From the IMG/VR virus record IMGVR_UViG_3300044959_000131, positions 96,001-160,000 of that record: 64,000 bases of DNA, one strand, 5' to 3'. The notes below the pieces were generated by a model. It was not told where the DNA came from. It worked only from the letters and a program-made list of their open reading frames with translations, and did not search any database. Origin of the DNA: a virus. Below, one piece after another: positions 48,451 to 58,246 of this stretch; position 1 is the stretch's first letter; each line of letters begins with the position of its first letter. A program made the position numbers and the translations under genes.

Positions 48451-49272
48451 ATGCCAATCCCGGTCCCAATTCCAGGTGGCCCGCTACCTATTACGGACGC
48501 CGATACAGCACGAGCTGAGAGCTTTGTAGCGGTGCTTGCCCAGATTCTGAAGCACGGAACAACTGGCGCAACCCTCAACACACCAAATTCAACCGTCCCA
48601 GATGGGACTAGTCCTACGGCATTGAAAGCCGTAGAGATGTCAAGTGCGAAAGAGCAGCTCTTTTTCCGTCAACAGGCGCTGGCAATCGTAAAGAGTCTCA
48701 TTGCATTTGCTAGTTCATCCGTCATCGGAATCACGAGACTTTCTACGGACCCAGCAGTTCCAACTGTCCCGACGGCTCTTAACTCGGAAGAAGTAACGAC
48801 GGTACCATCTCCAAACAAGGTCCCAAGAGCTCGATCCGACGGCACACTCGACCCGGGGTGGATTACTGGAGTACCTGGCCCTGGGCCATCCATCATTCAA
48901 ACGTTCACTGGGACGTGCTCTGCGAGTGACGCTGTTGGGGACCTGATGTACGTGAGCGGCGGCTCATATGCCGTATCGAAAGTCGACATCACCGACTACT
49001 CGAAGATGCCCTCCGTTGGTTGCATCATCTCCAAGCCCAGCGCAACATCATGCGTCGTTCAGACCGCTGGAATCGTGAGTGGGGTCTATACAGGTCTGAC
49101 GCCCGGAAAGATCTACTTCGCCGGTACAGACGGTCGTCCATCTGTAAATGCACCAATTCCTGGTCCGACGCAAACCTTCTTTCACCAGGCTATTGGAATT
49201 GCGCTGGATACAAACGTACTTCTCATTGCTGCAAACCCAAATCTTACTCGAGTGAGAGGAGCCAATGTATGA
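48451..49272 (+). CDS. Putative virion structural protein with C-terminal cement-like domain
   Basis: VGDLMYV...VGCII...GLTPGKIYF domain, similar to the C-terminus of 49781..51265. Confidence 0.55.
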   Translation: MPIPVPIPGGPLPITDADTARAESFVAVLAQILKHGTTGATLNTPNSTVPDGTSPTALKAVEMSSAKEQLFFRQQALAIVKSLIAFASSSVIGITRLSTDPAVPTVPTALNSEEVTTVPSPNKVPRARSDGTLDPGWITGVPGPGPSIIQTFTGTCSASDAVGDLMYVSGGSYAVSKVDITDYSKMPSVGCIISKPSATSCVVQTAGIVSGVYTGLTPGKIYFAGTDGRPSVNAPIPGPTQTFFHQAIGIALDTNVLLIAANPNLTRVRGANV

Positions 49273-49727
49273 AGACCGAATCCAAGAAGAGTGGTCTTGG
49301 TCGTCAGAGAAAGAACTCAGCTCCACCGGTCAAAGAGGTCCAAACGGACCCAGTACCTCTGAGACTCGACGAGGTGACTCTTCTGAAGATGGAGAAACTT
49401 CAAGCCATTATGAGGGCCGCGGAAAGTGAGAGGATCATGACGTTGGCGTCGAAGAAGGCGCTCCTGTCGAAGATTGACCCAAACAATCAGATCGAGGCCT
49501 TGGACAGAAAGATTCTTTCACTGACACAAGAAAAGGAGGCGGCAGAGGCAGAGTACCGTCTCATCATTCGCCAAGTCGAAGAGAAGTTCGGTATCGACAT
49601 CAAGGAATATGCGTACGACGACAAGACCGGGACTCTGAACTACATCGGTAAGGCGTCGGAATCCGAGATGAAGTCCTTGTCTAGCATGGAGAGCAAGGAA
49701 CTTCCCATTGAGGCTGTCAAAACCTAG
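49269..49727 (+). CDS. Coiled-coil hypothetical protein, 152 aa
   Basis: ATGA overlap at 49269; the longer track ORF from 49020 overlaps the previous gene. Confidence 0.6.
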   Translation: MKTESKKSGLGRQRKNSAPPVKEVQTDPVPLRLDEVTLLKMEKLQAIMRAAESERIMTLASKKALLSKIDPNNQIEALDRKILSLTQEKEAAEAEYRLIIRQVEEKFGIDIKEYAYDDKTGTLNYIGKASESEMKSLSSMESKELPIEAVKT

Positions 49728-49780
49728 GATCTGATAAGTAATTCAAGAGATCCAACTCTCCTTCTTGAGGAGGTTCATCC

Positions 49781-51265
49781 GTGGCCCTTCGCAGATTCCT
49801 GTTCCAGTCAACAGAAGGATACGCTGACTCAGCGGCTTTGACGGACGAGACCCAGCTCGCCAAAATCACACTGAGCGGTATTGCCGGGGTTGCCGTAGAC
49901 GCCGGGAATCAAAAGATCGTACAGCTGGCGACACCTACCGCCGATACAGACGCTGCAAACAAGAGCTACGTCGACTCTGTCGCGGCTGGTCTCGATTGGA
50001 AGGCATCTGTCAAGTACGCAACGGCTGCCCCTCTCCCTTCATACACGGCGGCCGGTTCAGGAGTTGGCAAAACACTCACCGGCACGGCAAACGGTGCCTT
50101 GATCGTAGACGGTGTTGCCGTCTCCGTTTCGGATCGTATCCTGGTGAAAGACGAAGGAGGCGGTACCAGCGTACACAACGGTATCTACGTTGTGACAGCG
50201 ACAGGTGATGCGTCGAACCCATACGTCCTCACGAGAGCGACCGACTTCGACGGAACTCCCGGAGGAGAAGTGAGTTCAGGAAATGCGGTGTTCGTAGAGG
50301 GAGGAGCTACGAATGCCGACCAAGGTTACGTTCTCATTACGGACGACCCCATCACGGTCGACGTGACCGCACTGACGTTCACCCAATTCACGGGCCTCGG
50401 CCAGGTAACGGCTGGTTCTGGTCTTGTAAAGACCGGGAACACAATCTCGGTGAAGAAGGGCGACGGGATCGAGCTCGTGTCTAACGGCGCAGCCGTAAAT
50501 GTCGATCTCGACACGAACTCCGGCCTCGCTCTCAATGGAACATCACCAAACAAGAAGTTGGCTTGGAATCCGGACACAACGAGGGGACTCAATAAGGACG
50601 CTGCTGGTGCATACATCGCCTTGGCCGCCAACCCGGGTCTTCAGTTCTCGGGCGGATTACTGGAGGTGAAGGTAAATAGCACCACTGGTGCTTTGAACAA
50701 AGACGCCAACGGAATCTACGTGATGACTGACGAGACACCGGACACACTCGATATCACTCCGGCTGGTCTCAAAGTTGTCGGCCTTCCGTCCCTGTTCAAG
50801 ATCAACGGAGTCAGCGTTGGTGCGACTGTCACAGCACCGAACCTCGACATCCTCACGAACGGCTCGAACGCGGACGCATTACACGTCCACTCCAGTGGAT
50901 CCTCGAACGAGGTAGCTCAAACCTGGACAGCTTCAGGTAACATCACGAAGGGTGATGGCGTATATATTTCTGGAAACAACACAGTCTCGACAGGGGACAG
51001 CACGAACGACACCAAGTCGAGAATCATCGGTGTCGCTGATCAAAACATCTCCAACACGGCCAGCGGAACCATCAAGATTCTTGGAGTTGTGACCGGAGTA
51101 CTTACCGGTGCCACAGCTGGAACGAGATACTTCCTGGGAAGCACTGGCCAGCCCGTATTGATCAGCGCCCTGCCAGGAGGAAGTAGAACTGTGCAACTTG
51201 GAATCGCCAAGAATTCGACGGACCTATTCGTCCAAGTCTTTGACTATGGTAAGAAGCCGGTGTAA
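49781..51265 (+). CDS. Tail-fibre-like structural protein
   Basis: PTADTDAANKSYVD...LDWKASV...DRILVKD...NGIYVV motif of phage fibres; GTG start with GAGGAGG RBS. Confidence 0.7.
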   Translation: MALRRFLFQSTEGYADSAALTDETQLAKITLSGIAGVAVDAGNQKIVQLATPTADTDAANKSYVDSVAAGLDWKASVKYATAAPLPSYTAAGSGVGKTLTGTANGALIVDGVAVSVSDRILVKDEGGGTSVHNGIYVVTATGDASNPYVLTRATDFDGTPGGEVSSGNAVFVEGGATNADQGYVLITDDPITVDVTALTFTQFTGLGQVTAGSGLVKTGNTISVKKGDGIELVSNGAAVNVDLDTNSGLALNGTSPNKKLAWNPDTTRGLNKDAAGAYIALAANPGLQFSGGLLEVKVNSTTGALNKDANGIYVMTDETPDTLDITPAGLKVVGLPSLFKINGVSVGATVTAPNLDILTNGSNADALHVHSSGSSNEVAQTWTASGNITKGDGVYISGNNTVSTGDSTNDTKSRIIGVADQNISNTASGTIKILGVVTGVLTGATAGTRYFLGSTGQPVLISALPGGSRTVQLGIAKNSTDLFVQVFDYGKKPV

Positions 51266-51283
51266 TTCTTCGTGGTGTGGTAG

Positions 51284-51814
51284 ATGGCAACGAACCTCGT
51301 AAAACCACTCAAAGACAGCACCGAGGGTTACGAGGAGCCAATCGATCCAGCAGTCGATGGACTGTCTGCTGGAGGATTCTACCCGCAGAACTCAACAAGT
51401 AACGACCAAGCCGCAGGTATTGAACGAGATGGTTCCGGTAATCTCGTCCTCAAGGATGCGATTACCGGAACCAGAACTCTAGCTCAGCTCTCGGGCGGCT
51501 CTGGAATCACAGAAGCAACGCACAAAGCGTTGCTTCAATTGATTCACTTCATTGACGAAGGTCCGGCTGAGGGATTTGCGTCTGGGGCTACGAAAACGAT
51601 ATCTGGTGGTCCCGTCTTTCCAACTCAGATTCTCTGGCGCCGTGCAGATTCGACGAAGTTAGTCGAGCAGAACATCACTTGGACAGGACCGAAGCCAACG
51701 ACTATCGAATGGAAGATTTACGACACGGACGGGGTAACGGTGCTCGCGACGGTAACTGATACGATCACCTATTCAGGAGTATTCGAAGTGAGTAGGACGA
51801 GAACAATCGTATGA
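51284..51814 (+). CDS. Putative fibre-associated protein
   Basis: Operon position; beta-rich C-terminus. Confidence 0.55.
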   Translation: MATNLVKPLKDSTEGYEEPIDPAVDGLSAGGFYPQNSTSNDQAAGIERDGSGNLVLKDAITGTRTLAQLSGGSGITEATHKALLQLIHFIDEGPAEGFASGATKTISGGPVFPTQILWRRADSTKLVEQNITWTGPKPTTIEWKIYDTDGVTVLATVTDTITYSGVFEVSRTRTIV

Positions 51815-52158
51815 GCCTCAGTCCGGCATTTATTGCATATGGCGCCGATGGTGTCGAGAAGGCGACGGATGCGAATCCATTCGTCGTTAAGGTAATTACT
51901 CAGCAGAGCGGATCGAAGGCTGGTGTTGTCGTACCGGGGGACTTTTCTGGAAACCCCAAGAAGGCGACTGTCGTATTCGCAACCCCGTACACGTCGACAA
52001 ATTACGCCATTACTCTTGCCCCAATTACTAATGGCTCGAAGACGTTCTCACCAGCCATCGAGAACAAGACAGTCAACGGATTTGTTGTAAACCTCCACTC
52101 CAACAACGTGGCCGGTCTCATCGAAATCGGCTGGCACACACTGCTGAACGGAAGCTAA
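51811..52158 (+). CDS. Small fibre-tip-like domain protein
   Basis: KAG...FSGNPKKATVVF.TP.....YAITL, shared with the C-terminus of 52170..53531. Confidence 0.6.
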   Translation: MSLSPAFIAYGADGVEKATDANPFVVKVITQQSGSKAGVVVPGDFSGNPKKATVVFATPYTSTNYAITLAPITNGSKTFSPAIENKTVNGFVVNLHSNNVAGLIEIGWHTLLNGS

Positions 52159-52169
52159 AGGAATAACAC

Positions 52170-53531
52170 ATGGCTCTACAACTCGATGGAATCATCCTCG
52201 ACGAGCTGACGACAGACCCGAGCAGCCCGGTCGAAGGCCAGATGTGGTTCAACACCACAACGCATCTCTTCAAGGTGTACCGGAACGGCGCCGTTACAAG
52301 CTTTACCGACGCCGACACCTTCGCCGCGCACGTATCCAACACGTCCAATCCGCACTCCACGACGTTGGAGCAAGCGCGGCAGGCTGGCAACACGCTCGCT
52401 GGGCCCATCAACATGGGCGGCTTTGCCATCACCAACGTCGCCGCTGGCAGTGGGCCGACTGACGTGGCACAGCGCCAGTGGGTTGTTGACCAAATCAACC
52501 AGAAGATTGCCGGGTTGGATTGGCAGGAGTCGGTACTGAATCGACTCTCGACTCCGCCGGGGACACCAGCACAGGGCGACCGCTACCTCATCATCGCGAC
52601 GGCGACGGGCGCTTGGACTGGACAGGAGAACAAGATTACGGAGTGGAATGGCTCCGCTTGGGTCTTCTACACACCAAACGAGGGGTGGGTTACCCGCGTC
52701 GAAGCTGAAAACCTTCTCTACTCCTTCGACGGCAGCTCGTGGGGCAATCTCGGAAGCGCAGTTTCGCACAGCGCACTTCTCAACCTCACCAACGACGACC
52801 ACCCACAGTACCTGCCGCGCTCTGGCGTGAGGCCAATGACTGGCGCCCTCGACATGGGCGGCAACAACATCTCCAATGCAGGCACCATCAACGGTGTCTC
52901 CATCACTTCCCACGGCTCTCGCCACAACCCCGGCGGGCCGGACGCCGTTGCCACGGCGACGGCTGTCGGCATTACAGACAACACAAACTCAGAGGGTACG
53001 GCGACGTCGCTTGCCCGCAGCGACCACCAGCACGCGCACGGCAACCGTGGCGGCGGGACGCTTCACGCTTTGACTTCTCAAGCTGGTGCAGGCTTCTACC
53101 CGCAGTCGGCCTTCAACAAGACGACGAATCCGACTGTCAACGACGACGGCACGGCGGGGTGGGTTCCGGGCTCTCGGTGGATTAACACCGCCAACAACTC
53201 GGAGTGGGTGTGCATCAGCAACGCCACCGGCGCGGCGGTGTGGCAAAACACGCTCGCAATCAGCGTTGCACTTCCTCACAAGGCCGGTCGGGTGTTGGCG
53301 GCAAGCTTTTCTGGCAACCCGAAGAAAGCCACCGTGACTTTCTCCACGCCATTTGCTGACGCTGACTACGCCGTGACGTTGACACCTGTCGTCACGGTGA
53401 ATGGTGCGGGCTACTCTCCGAAGGTGGAGTCACAGGTGGCTGGAAGCTTCGTCATCAACATGGGCGCCAACAGCATCAGCAGCCTCGTCCACGTCAACTG
53501 GGTGGCCATCAAGTCCGGCGAGTCGGCGTAA
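52170..53531 (+). CDS. Tail fibre protein with DUF2793-like domain
   Basis: WQESV...PPGTPAQGDRYLI..ATGAWTG...WNGSAWVF..PNEGW motif. Confidence 0.7.
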   Translation: MALQLDGIILDELTTDPSSPVEGQMWFNTTTHLFKVYRNGAVTSFTDADTFAAHVSNTSNPHSTTLEQARQAGNTLAGPINMGGFAITNVAAGSGPTDVAQRQWVVDQINQKIAGLDWQESVLNRLSTPPGTPAQGDRYLIIATATGAWTGQENKITEWNGSAWVFYTPNEGWVTRVEAENLLYSFDGSSWGNLGSAVSHSALLNLTNDDHPQYLPRSGVRPMTGALDMGGNNISNAGTINGVSITSHGSRHNPGGPDAVATATAVGITDNTNSEGTATSLARSDHQHAHGNRGGGTLHALTSQAGAGFYPQSAFNKTTNPTVNDDGTAGWVPGSRWINTANNSEWVCISNATGAAVWQNTLAISVALPHKAGRVLAASFSGNPKKATVTFSTPFADADYAVTLTPVVTVNGAGYSPKVESQVAGSFVINMGANSISSLVHVNWVAIKSGESA

Positions 53532-53543
53532 GGAGGTTGGAGA

Positions 53544-55670
53544 GTGTCCCTTCGGACGGAAAGCGTTGTCTTCGACGTTCTCACGTCGGACCCGACTTCC
53601 CCCGTCGAGGGGCAAGTCTGGTTCAACTCAACGGACAAACTGCTGAAGATGTACCACGACGGGGCGATTCGCCCCGTGACGACGCTGTGGCCGAGCCGTT
53701 TCTCCCCTGCGGCCACAGTCCGCGTCCACCCCACGGACCCGAGCGCAGATTTCCAGACGATTCAGGCGGCCATCGACGCAACAGGGCCGCAGCCTGTCGT
53801 CATCAGCGTTGCGCCCGGAACCTACGCCGAGACGCTGACGATTACAGGGCCGCGTCAGGTCAAAATCATTGGTGAGCGTGCATCCGTCCGTGGTGGTGGG
53901 CCGATAGGCAATCAAGTTTCGATTTCACTCGGAAGTACGTCTCTGACAGACCTTGCTTTGGTGACGCTGGTCGCACCGACGTCCTTCGTTCCAAGGGTGG
54001 AGTTTGAAAACATCTCCTTCTCCATCCAAAACACCGCTCCTTCTGCGGCGCAAATCCACGTCTTTCGGCTCGTGGACAACACTGTCGCCGGGTCTCTGAC
54101 TTGTGCTCTCACCCTCAAGAACTGCAACATCGGTATTTCGGAGAACGGCAATTCTTCAAGCCAAGTCGCCTGCATCAAAAGCGTCCAGTCCACACGTGTT
54201 GCCTTCTACGCCTACCTGTCAGACGTGAATGTCCTCATTCAGGGTACGGCAACAAACTGCACCGTGTGGGAGCTGAATTCGACTGCTTCCAGAGAAGACC
54301 GGCTTCATCTTTATGGCAGCAACCAGTTCAGCATCAGCTCTTCAGCCAGCACGAAGTCGGTATTCGTTTGCAGCGGGTTCGGAGAGCCCGCCATTTTGAA
54401 TTGGGGTGTAAACGTATTCAGCCACGGCAATAGCTCCGTCCCGTACATTACGATTGGCGGCGTCGGACGCATTTTCAACTACGGCGTCTTCTCCCGCCTC
54501 GACTCACTCCAACAGAATCCGCTGTACGACGTTGCTGACAACCCAACGGCGCTCGCACGTGCGCCTGCGCTGACGGAAAGCTTCTACCGGACGAGCGGCT
54601 CAATCCGCATGTACAAGGCAGCCCTGCGTCCGATTGCTGGCTCTCCGGGTGCAGACCTCGCTGACGGTGACATCTGGTACGACTCGACGCTTGGCAAGTT
54701 CCGCGCACGCGAGAATGGAGTGACAGTCGATGTGCGTGGAGGCGGAAGCGGCACTCCCGGAGGCAGCAACGGGCAGGTCCAATACAACAACGCTGGCAAC
54801 TTCGGAGGTGCTGGCAAACTCGCAATCGATGCGGGTGGCTACCCGATTCTCGGAGAGGCGAGCACCTCGACGCCTGCTTCACCGTCGGCGGGCTCGACAC
54901 TCTTCTCCCGCCTGCGTGCAGGGCGTCGGATGGCCGGGCAGGTTGGGCCGTCTGGAGTGGACTACGCCTTCCAGCCCTTCTTGGCGGCGAACAAGGTGAG
55001 TCTGTGGACCGCCAACGGCAACGGCACCACGGTCAGCCTTGTAGGCTTCAACAACACGGTGACTGGAACAGCCACCGCACGCAACGTGGCGACGACGGAT
55101 TTCGCATCGTCGCTTCGTCGCGTGGCGTTTGTCAGCGCAACGACAGCAGGCTCATCCGCAGGTACTCGCCACAACGCCCTTCAGTTCTGGAGAGGAAACG
55201 CGGCTGGGCGTGGTGGTTTTCTCTACGTCGCCCGGTTTGTCGTTGATACCGTCGTCACCGATATGCGGTGGTTCGTCGGGCTGTCCGGCTCGGCTGCCGT
55301 CATCGGAAACGTCAACCCGTCGACTCTCACTAACATCCTCGGATTCGGCATCGACTCCGGCCAGACGACGGTGCGCTTCTTCAACAACGACGGCACGGGC
55401 GCGGCCACGGCAACGGACTTGGGGGCCAGCTTTCCGGCGACGACGGCCAACGTCGTTTACGAGGCCCGGCTCTTCTGCGCGCCAAACGGTGCAGAGGTTT
55501 TCTACTCGCTGGAGCGCCTTGACTCGGCAGCACTCGTCGAAGGCAGCGTCACGACGGACATCCCTGCCAACACGACGCTCTTGTCTCCGCAGATTTGGGT
55601 GAACAACGGTACGACGGCTGCGGCTGTCGCACTGGCCGTCGTCAGCCAGTACATCGAGACGGACTACTAG
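53544..55670 (+). CDS. Tail spike / receptor-binding-like protein with beta-helix region
   Basis: GTG start with AAGGAGG RBS; FQTIQAAIDA...VAPGTYAE pectin-lyase-like entry motif; shares SDPxSPVEGQxWFN with the previous gene. Confidence 0.65.
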   Translation: MSLRTESVVFDVLTSDPTSPVEGQVWFNSTDKLLKMYHDGAIRPVTTLWPSRFSPAATVRVHPTDPSADFQTIQAAIDATGPQPVVISVAPGTYAETLTITGPRQVKIIGERASVRGGGPIGNQVSISLGSTSLTDLALVTLVAPTSFVPRVEFENISFSIQNTAPSAAQIHVFRLVDNTVAGSLTCALTLKNCNIGISENGNSSSQVACIKSVQSTRVAFYAYLSDVNVLIQGTATNCTVWELNSTASREDRLHLYGSNQFSISSSASTKSVFVCSGFGEPAILNWGVNVFSHGNSSVPYITIGGVGRIFNYGVFSRLDSLQQNPLYDVADNPTALARAPALTESFYRTSGSIRMYKAALRPIAGSPGADLADGDIWYDSTLGKFRARENGVTVDVRGGGSGTPGGSNGQVQYNNAGNFGGAGKLAIDAGGYPILGEASTSTPASPSAGSTLFSRLRAGRRMAGQVGPSGVDYAFQPFLAANKVSLWTANGNGTTVSLVGFNNTVTGTATARNVATTDFASSLRRVAFVSATTAGSSAGTRHNALQFWRGNAAGRGGFLYVARFVVDTVVTDMRWFVGLSGSAAVIGNVNPSTLTNILGFGIDSGQTTVRFFNNDGTGAATATDLGASFPATTANVVYEARLFCAPNGAEVFYSLERLDSAALVEGSVTTDIPANTTLLSPQIWVNNGTTAAAVALAVVSQYIETDY

Positions 55671-55681
55671 GAGATTCGTGA

Positions 55682-56665
55682 ATGAGCACCACGTTTCAAT
55701 TCACCATCGACGCGGACGGCACCTTCCCCAACCGCAAGGTGGCGCTCGACAGATTCGAGAAGGAGATTCGCGACAGCACAATTACGGTGGCGTTGGATTC
55801 CGTCAAGGTGTCCAATGGAAACTGCATCGTCACCTTCAAGGCGGACCTCTCGCCAGCCGAGGTGCTGACGCTGGAGCAGCTCGTCTTCTCGCACTCCGGC
55901 GAGCCACTCATTCCCGACATTCAGGCGGTGCAAATCTACACGCAGACGGGGACGCCTCAGCCTGTTGCAATGGACGGCAAGCCCTTCGTGCTGCCCAACA
56001 TCTTCCCCGGAGAGGTGCTGCTCAACTTCACAGGAAGCAGCGACAGTTTGTCGCCACCGAAGAGGTTTGATGGGCCGCTTTTCGCTCTCCAGCAAACTGG
56101 CATTGGTACCGCATCGATGGACCTCGACTTCCTCGACGGAGTTTTCCTCGCTGGAGGCCACGTCGACTGGACAGGCGGTAGCTGGGGCTCGTACGTATGC
56201 ATGGGGCTGATTGCGCCAGCCTCGACGGTGAAGGAGCCTGCCACACCGGGACACGGCAACTGCAATCTCGTCCCCACCGGACTCGGTTTCAACCTCATCG
56301 TCCCTGCGGCTGGCAACGGCTCGAAGGACATCGACGTGGCGGTACCAGTCCCAGCCTACGACGACGAGACGAATGTCCAGAATGGCTACTGGAACTACTC
56401 CGAGCCTTGGCTGGGAAAGGGCACTGTCTCTCCGAGTCCCGGCAACGGGAAGTACAACCTCTTCGACGTGCCATTGGAGCTGGCGCACTTCGCAAAACTT
56501 CACCTCCGCCTCGACAAAGGGTCGCGAGACTTGATGGCTCCATCCATCAAGCCCAAGTGGATTCTTCCCGAGTGGAAGATGCGCGTGACCATCTACAACA
56601 ACAGTGGTACAGGCACTCTCAGCGTCAGCTGGGATTTGCTGATTGCCAGAAGGAAATCAGTATGA
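55682..56665 (+). CDS. Putative structural protein
   Basis: Operon position; 327 aa. Confidence 0.55.
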   Translation: MSTTFQFTIDADGTFPNRKVALDRFEKEIRDSTITVALDSVKVSNGNCIVTFKADLSPAEVLTLEQLVFSHSGEPLIPDIQAVQIYTQTGTPQPVAMDGKPFVLPNIFPGEVLLNFTGSSDSLSPPKRFDGPLFALQQTGIGTASMDLDFLDGVFLAGGHVDWTGGSWGSYVCMGLIAPASTVKEPATPGHGNCNLVPTGLGFNLIVPAAGNGSKDIDVAVPVPAYDDETNVQNGYWNYSEPWLGKGTVSPSPGNGKYNLFDVPLELAHFAKLHLRLDKGSRDLMAPSIKPKWILPEWKMRVTIYNNSGTGTLSVSWDLLIARRKSV

Positions 56666-56973
56666 GCTGGCTCGTTGGAAAGACAGGCTACTCATTGATT
56701 GATGTCTGGTCCCTGGTCCATTTCTGTTTCTGGGTCTTTATCGGCTCATGTTTCTGGGCCAAGAGAGTTCGAGTCCTCGTTTCACTTTGCATCTGTCTCG
56801 GAGTGGCAGCCGGGTGGGAAATTTTTGAGAGGTTCGCAGAGAAGAAATGGCCAGATACCTGGCTGAACCCGGAGAGCTGGTGGAACTCGTGGATCAGTGA
56901 CCTGTCGACGGTTCTGCTGGGTGTATTCATGATATGGATTCTTCTCAATCGGTTTGGAAAGAAGACGTCATGA
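56662..56973 (+). CDS. Small membrane protein, 103 aa
   Basis: ATGA overlap at 56662; DVWSLVHF...WEIFE...ESWWNSWISD with hydrophobic helices. Confidence 0.65.
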   Translation: MSWLVGKTGYSLIDVWSLVHFCFWVFIGSCFWAKRVRVLVSLCICLGVAAGWEIFERFAEKKWPDTWLNPESWWNSWISDLSTVLLGVFMIWILLNRFGKKTS

Positions 56974-57518
56974 GCAACGTCGTCAGCATTGGGTTCAGCA
57001 CACCGAAGAGCTTCAACCCTGTTTCGTGGATTATTCGGAAACTGACGAAGTCCAGAGCCAGCCACACTTGGTTTTTGTACTACGACGCAGACTTCGAGAT
57101 GTGGATGGTCATGGAAGCCCATGAACTCGGCTTCCGTCTCATTCCGTTCGAGAGGTTCCGCAATAGAAATGAAGTGGTCGCCATCTTTACGACCAAAACG
57201 TCGCTGTCGGACGGGTTAAAGTGGGCCGCCAAGTGGCTCGGAACTGCCTACGACTTCGGTGGATTGATTGGCATGGCGTGGGTCGTCCTCGGCCGCATTT
57301 TGAAGAGACGTTGGCGGAATCCGCTACAGAACTCTCACGCCATGTTCTGCTCAGAGATGGCTCTCACTGTTCTTCAACTCAGCGGAGTCGGGTGGTCAAA
57401 GCTAGCTGAGCCACACGAGACATCTCCTCAGGACCTGCTCGATATGTTCGAGGATGCGGCAGAGTATGACGGAGATGCAATCATTGTAGACCCGCCTGGA
57501 AAGGACTCTGACAGCTAA
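56970..57518 (+). CDS. Permuted papain-like NlpC/P60 (YiiX/YebB-type) peptidase
   Basis: His in ASHTW precedes YDFGG and Cys in MFCSE, which is the circularly permuted order; ATGA overlap. Confidence 0.75.
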   Translation: MSNVVSIGFSTPKSFNPVSWIIRKLTKSRASHTWFLYYDADFEMWMVMEAHELGFRLIPFERFRNRNEVVAIFTTKTSLSDGLKWAAKWLGTAYDFGGLIGMAWVVLGRILKRRWRNPLQNSHAMFCSEMALTVLQLSGVGWSKLAEPHETSPQDLLDMFEDAAEYDGDAIIVDPPGKDSDS

Positions 57519-57525
57519 GCGTAGT

Positions 57526-57546
57526 GCGACCCCCTACGGGGGTCGC
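57526..57546. terminator. GC-rich hairpin between convergent genes
   Basis: gcgaccccc-tac-gggggtcgc; no U tail. Confidence 0.45.
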
Positions 57547-57553
57547 TGGAACG

Positions 57554-58012
57554 CTAGGACTTGATAAGATTGTCACCAATCTTTTCGGAGAGCTTGTACG
57601 TCAATTTTACTTCCGAGCTCCCCCCTTCTTCCGATGATTCGTTCCTCCTTTCTTGTGATTGAGGCTGCTTGTTTGCTGGCAGCCTCGGTTTGTGAACCGT
57701 ACGGCTCAGATTCGACTGTCGAATCTGAGCCGACCTGTACTTTATTTGCGCCTCGATCTTCTCCGCTTGCGCTCTGAGCTCACGCGCCTCAAGCTCAAGC
57801 GCTTCTACCTTTACCCTCCTTTCTCTGTTTTCGAATTCCTGTTTCATGAGGAGCCGTCCACGGTCCAGCTCCTCGTCTGACATGTCCGTCTGACGGTCGA
57901 GGATCTCCGCCTCAAGACCAGCTTTCTTGGCCTTGATGGACAACAACCGGCTAACGTCCTTCATGATCTGGATAAAAACCTCGACCAACTCACCTGGAAT
58001 AGCGATTTTCAC
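57554..58012 (-). CDS. Coiled-coil hypothetical protein
   Basis: GTG start with AAGGAGAGG RBS. Confidence 0.7.
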   Translation of the reverse strand: MKIAIPGELVEVFIQIMKDVSRLLSIKAKKAGLEAEILDRQTDMSDEELDRGRLLMKQEFENRERRVKVEALELEARELRAQAEKIEAQIKYRSAQIRQSNLSRTVHKPRLPANKQPQSQERRNESSEEGGSSEVKLTYKLSEKIGDNLIKS

Positions 58013-58046
58013 GTACTTCCCCTCTCCTTGAGAGCTAGCTAATAAG

Positions 58047-58082
58047 TAAAAAAATGAGGATGATCTGTGGGTATCATCCTCA
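58047..58082 (-). terminator. Intrinsic terminator
   Basis: On the - strand: UGAGGAUGAU-8 nt-AUCAUCCUCA followed by U7. Confidence 0.75.
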
Positions 58083-58131
58083 AACTACTTATGCCGAACC
58101 ACCGGAATCTTTTTCTCAGCACTAAAGTGAC

Positions 58132-58160
58132 TTGCAATCTCCTCAATCTGTCCGTATCAT
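58132..58160 (+). promoter_or_regulatory. Sigma70-type promoter
   Basis: TTGCAA (58132-58137), N17, TATCAT (58155-58160). Confidence 0.7.
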
Positions 58161-58166
58161 GTAGAC

Positions 58167-58237
58167 AGACCTCGATTGGAGTTTCCCCCTCCGCTCCGAT
58201 TGAGGCAGGACCCCGGCTCTGGCCGGGGTCCTTTTTT
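58167..58237 (+). ncRNA. Candidate small RNA (about 70 nt): hairpin with C-rich loop plus terminator
   Basis: 12-bp stem 58170-58181/58194-58205 whose two non-Watson-Crick positions are G-U only on the + strand. Loop UUUCCCCCUCCG. Terminator ggaccccggc-tctg-gccggggtcc-tttttt. No ORF. Confidence 0.65.
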
Positions 58238-58246
58238 ATTTCTCAG

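Noticed and set aside
49020-49268. 5' extensions of track ORFs 49020..49727 and 56197..56973
   Set aside because: They overlap upstream genes in another frame. ATGA-coupled starts at 49269 and 56662 fit better.
52118-56543. Long alternative-frame ORFs in the GC-rich fibre region (e.g. 52176..52925, 55667..56503)
   Set aside because: They are antisense or off-frame shadows of well-supported genes, as expected with high GC3, and have no motifs or RBS.
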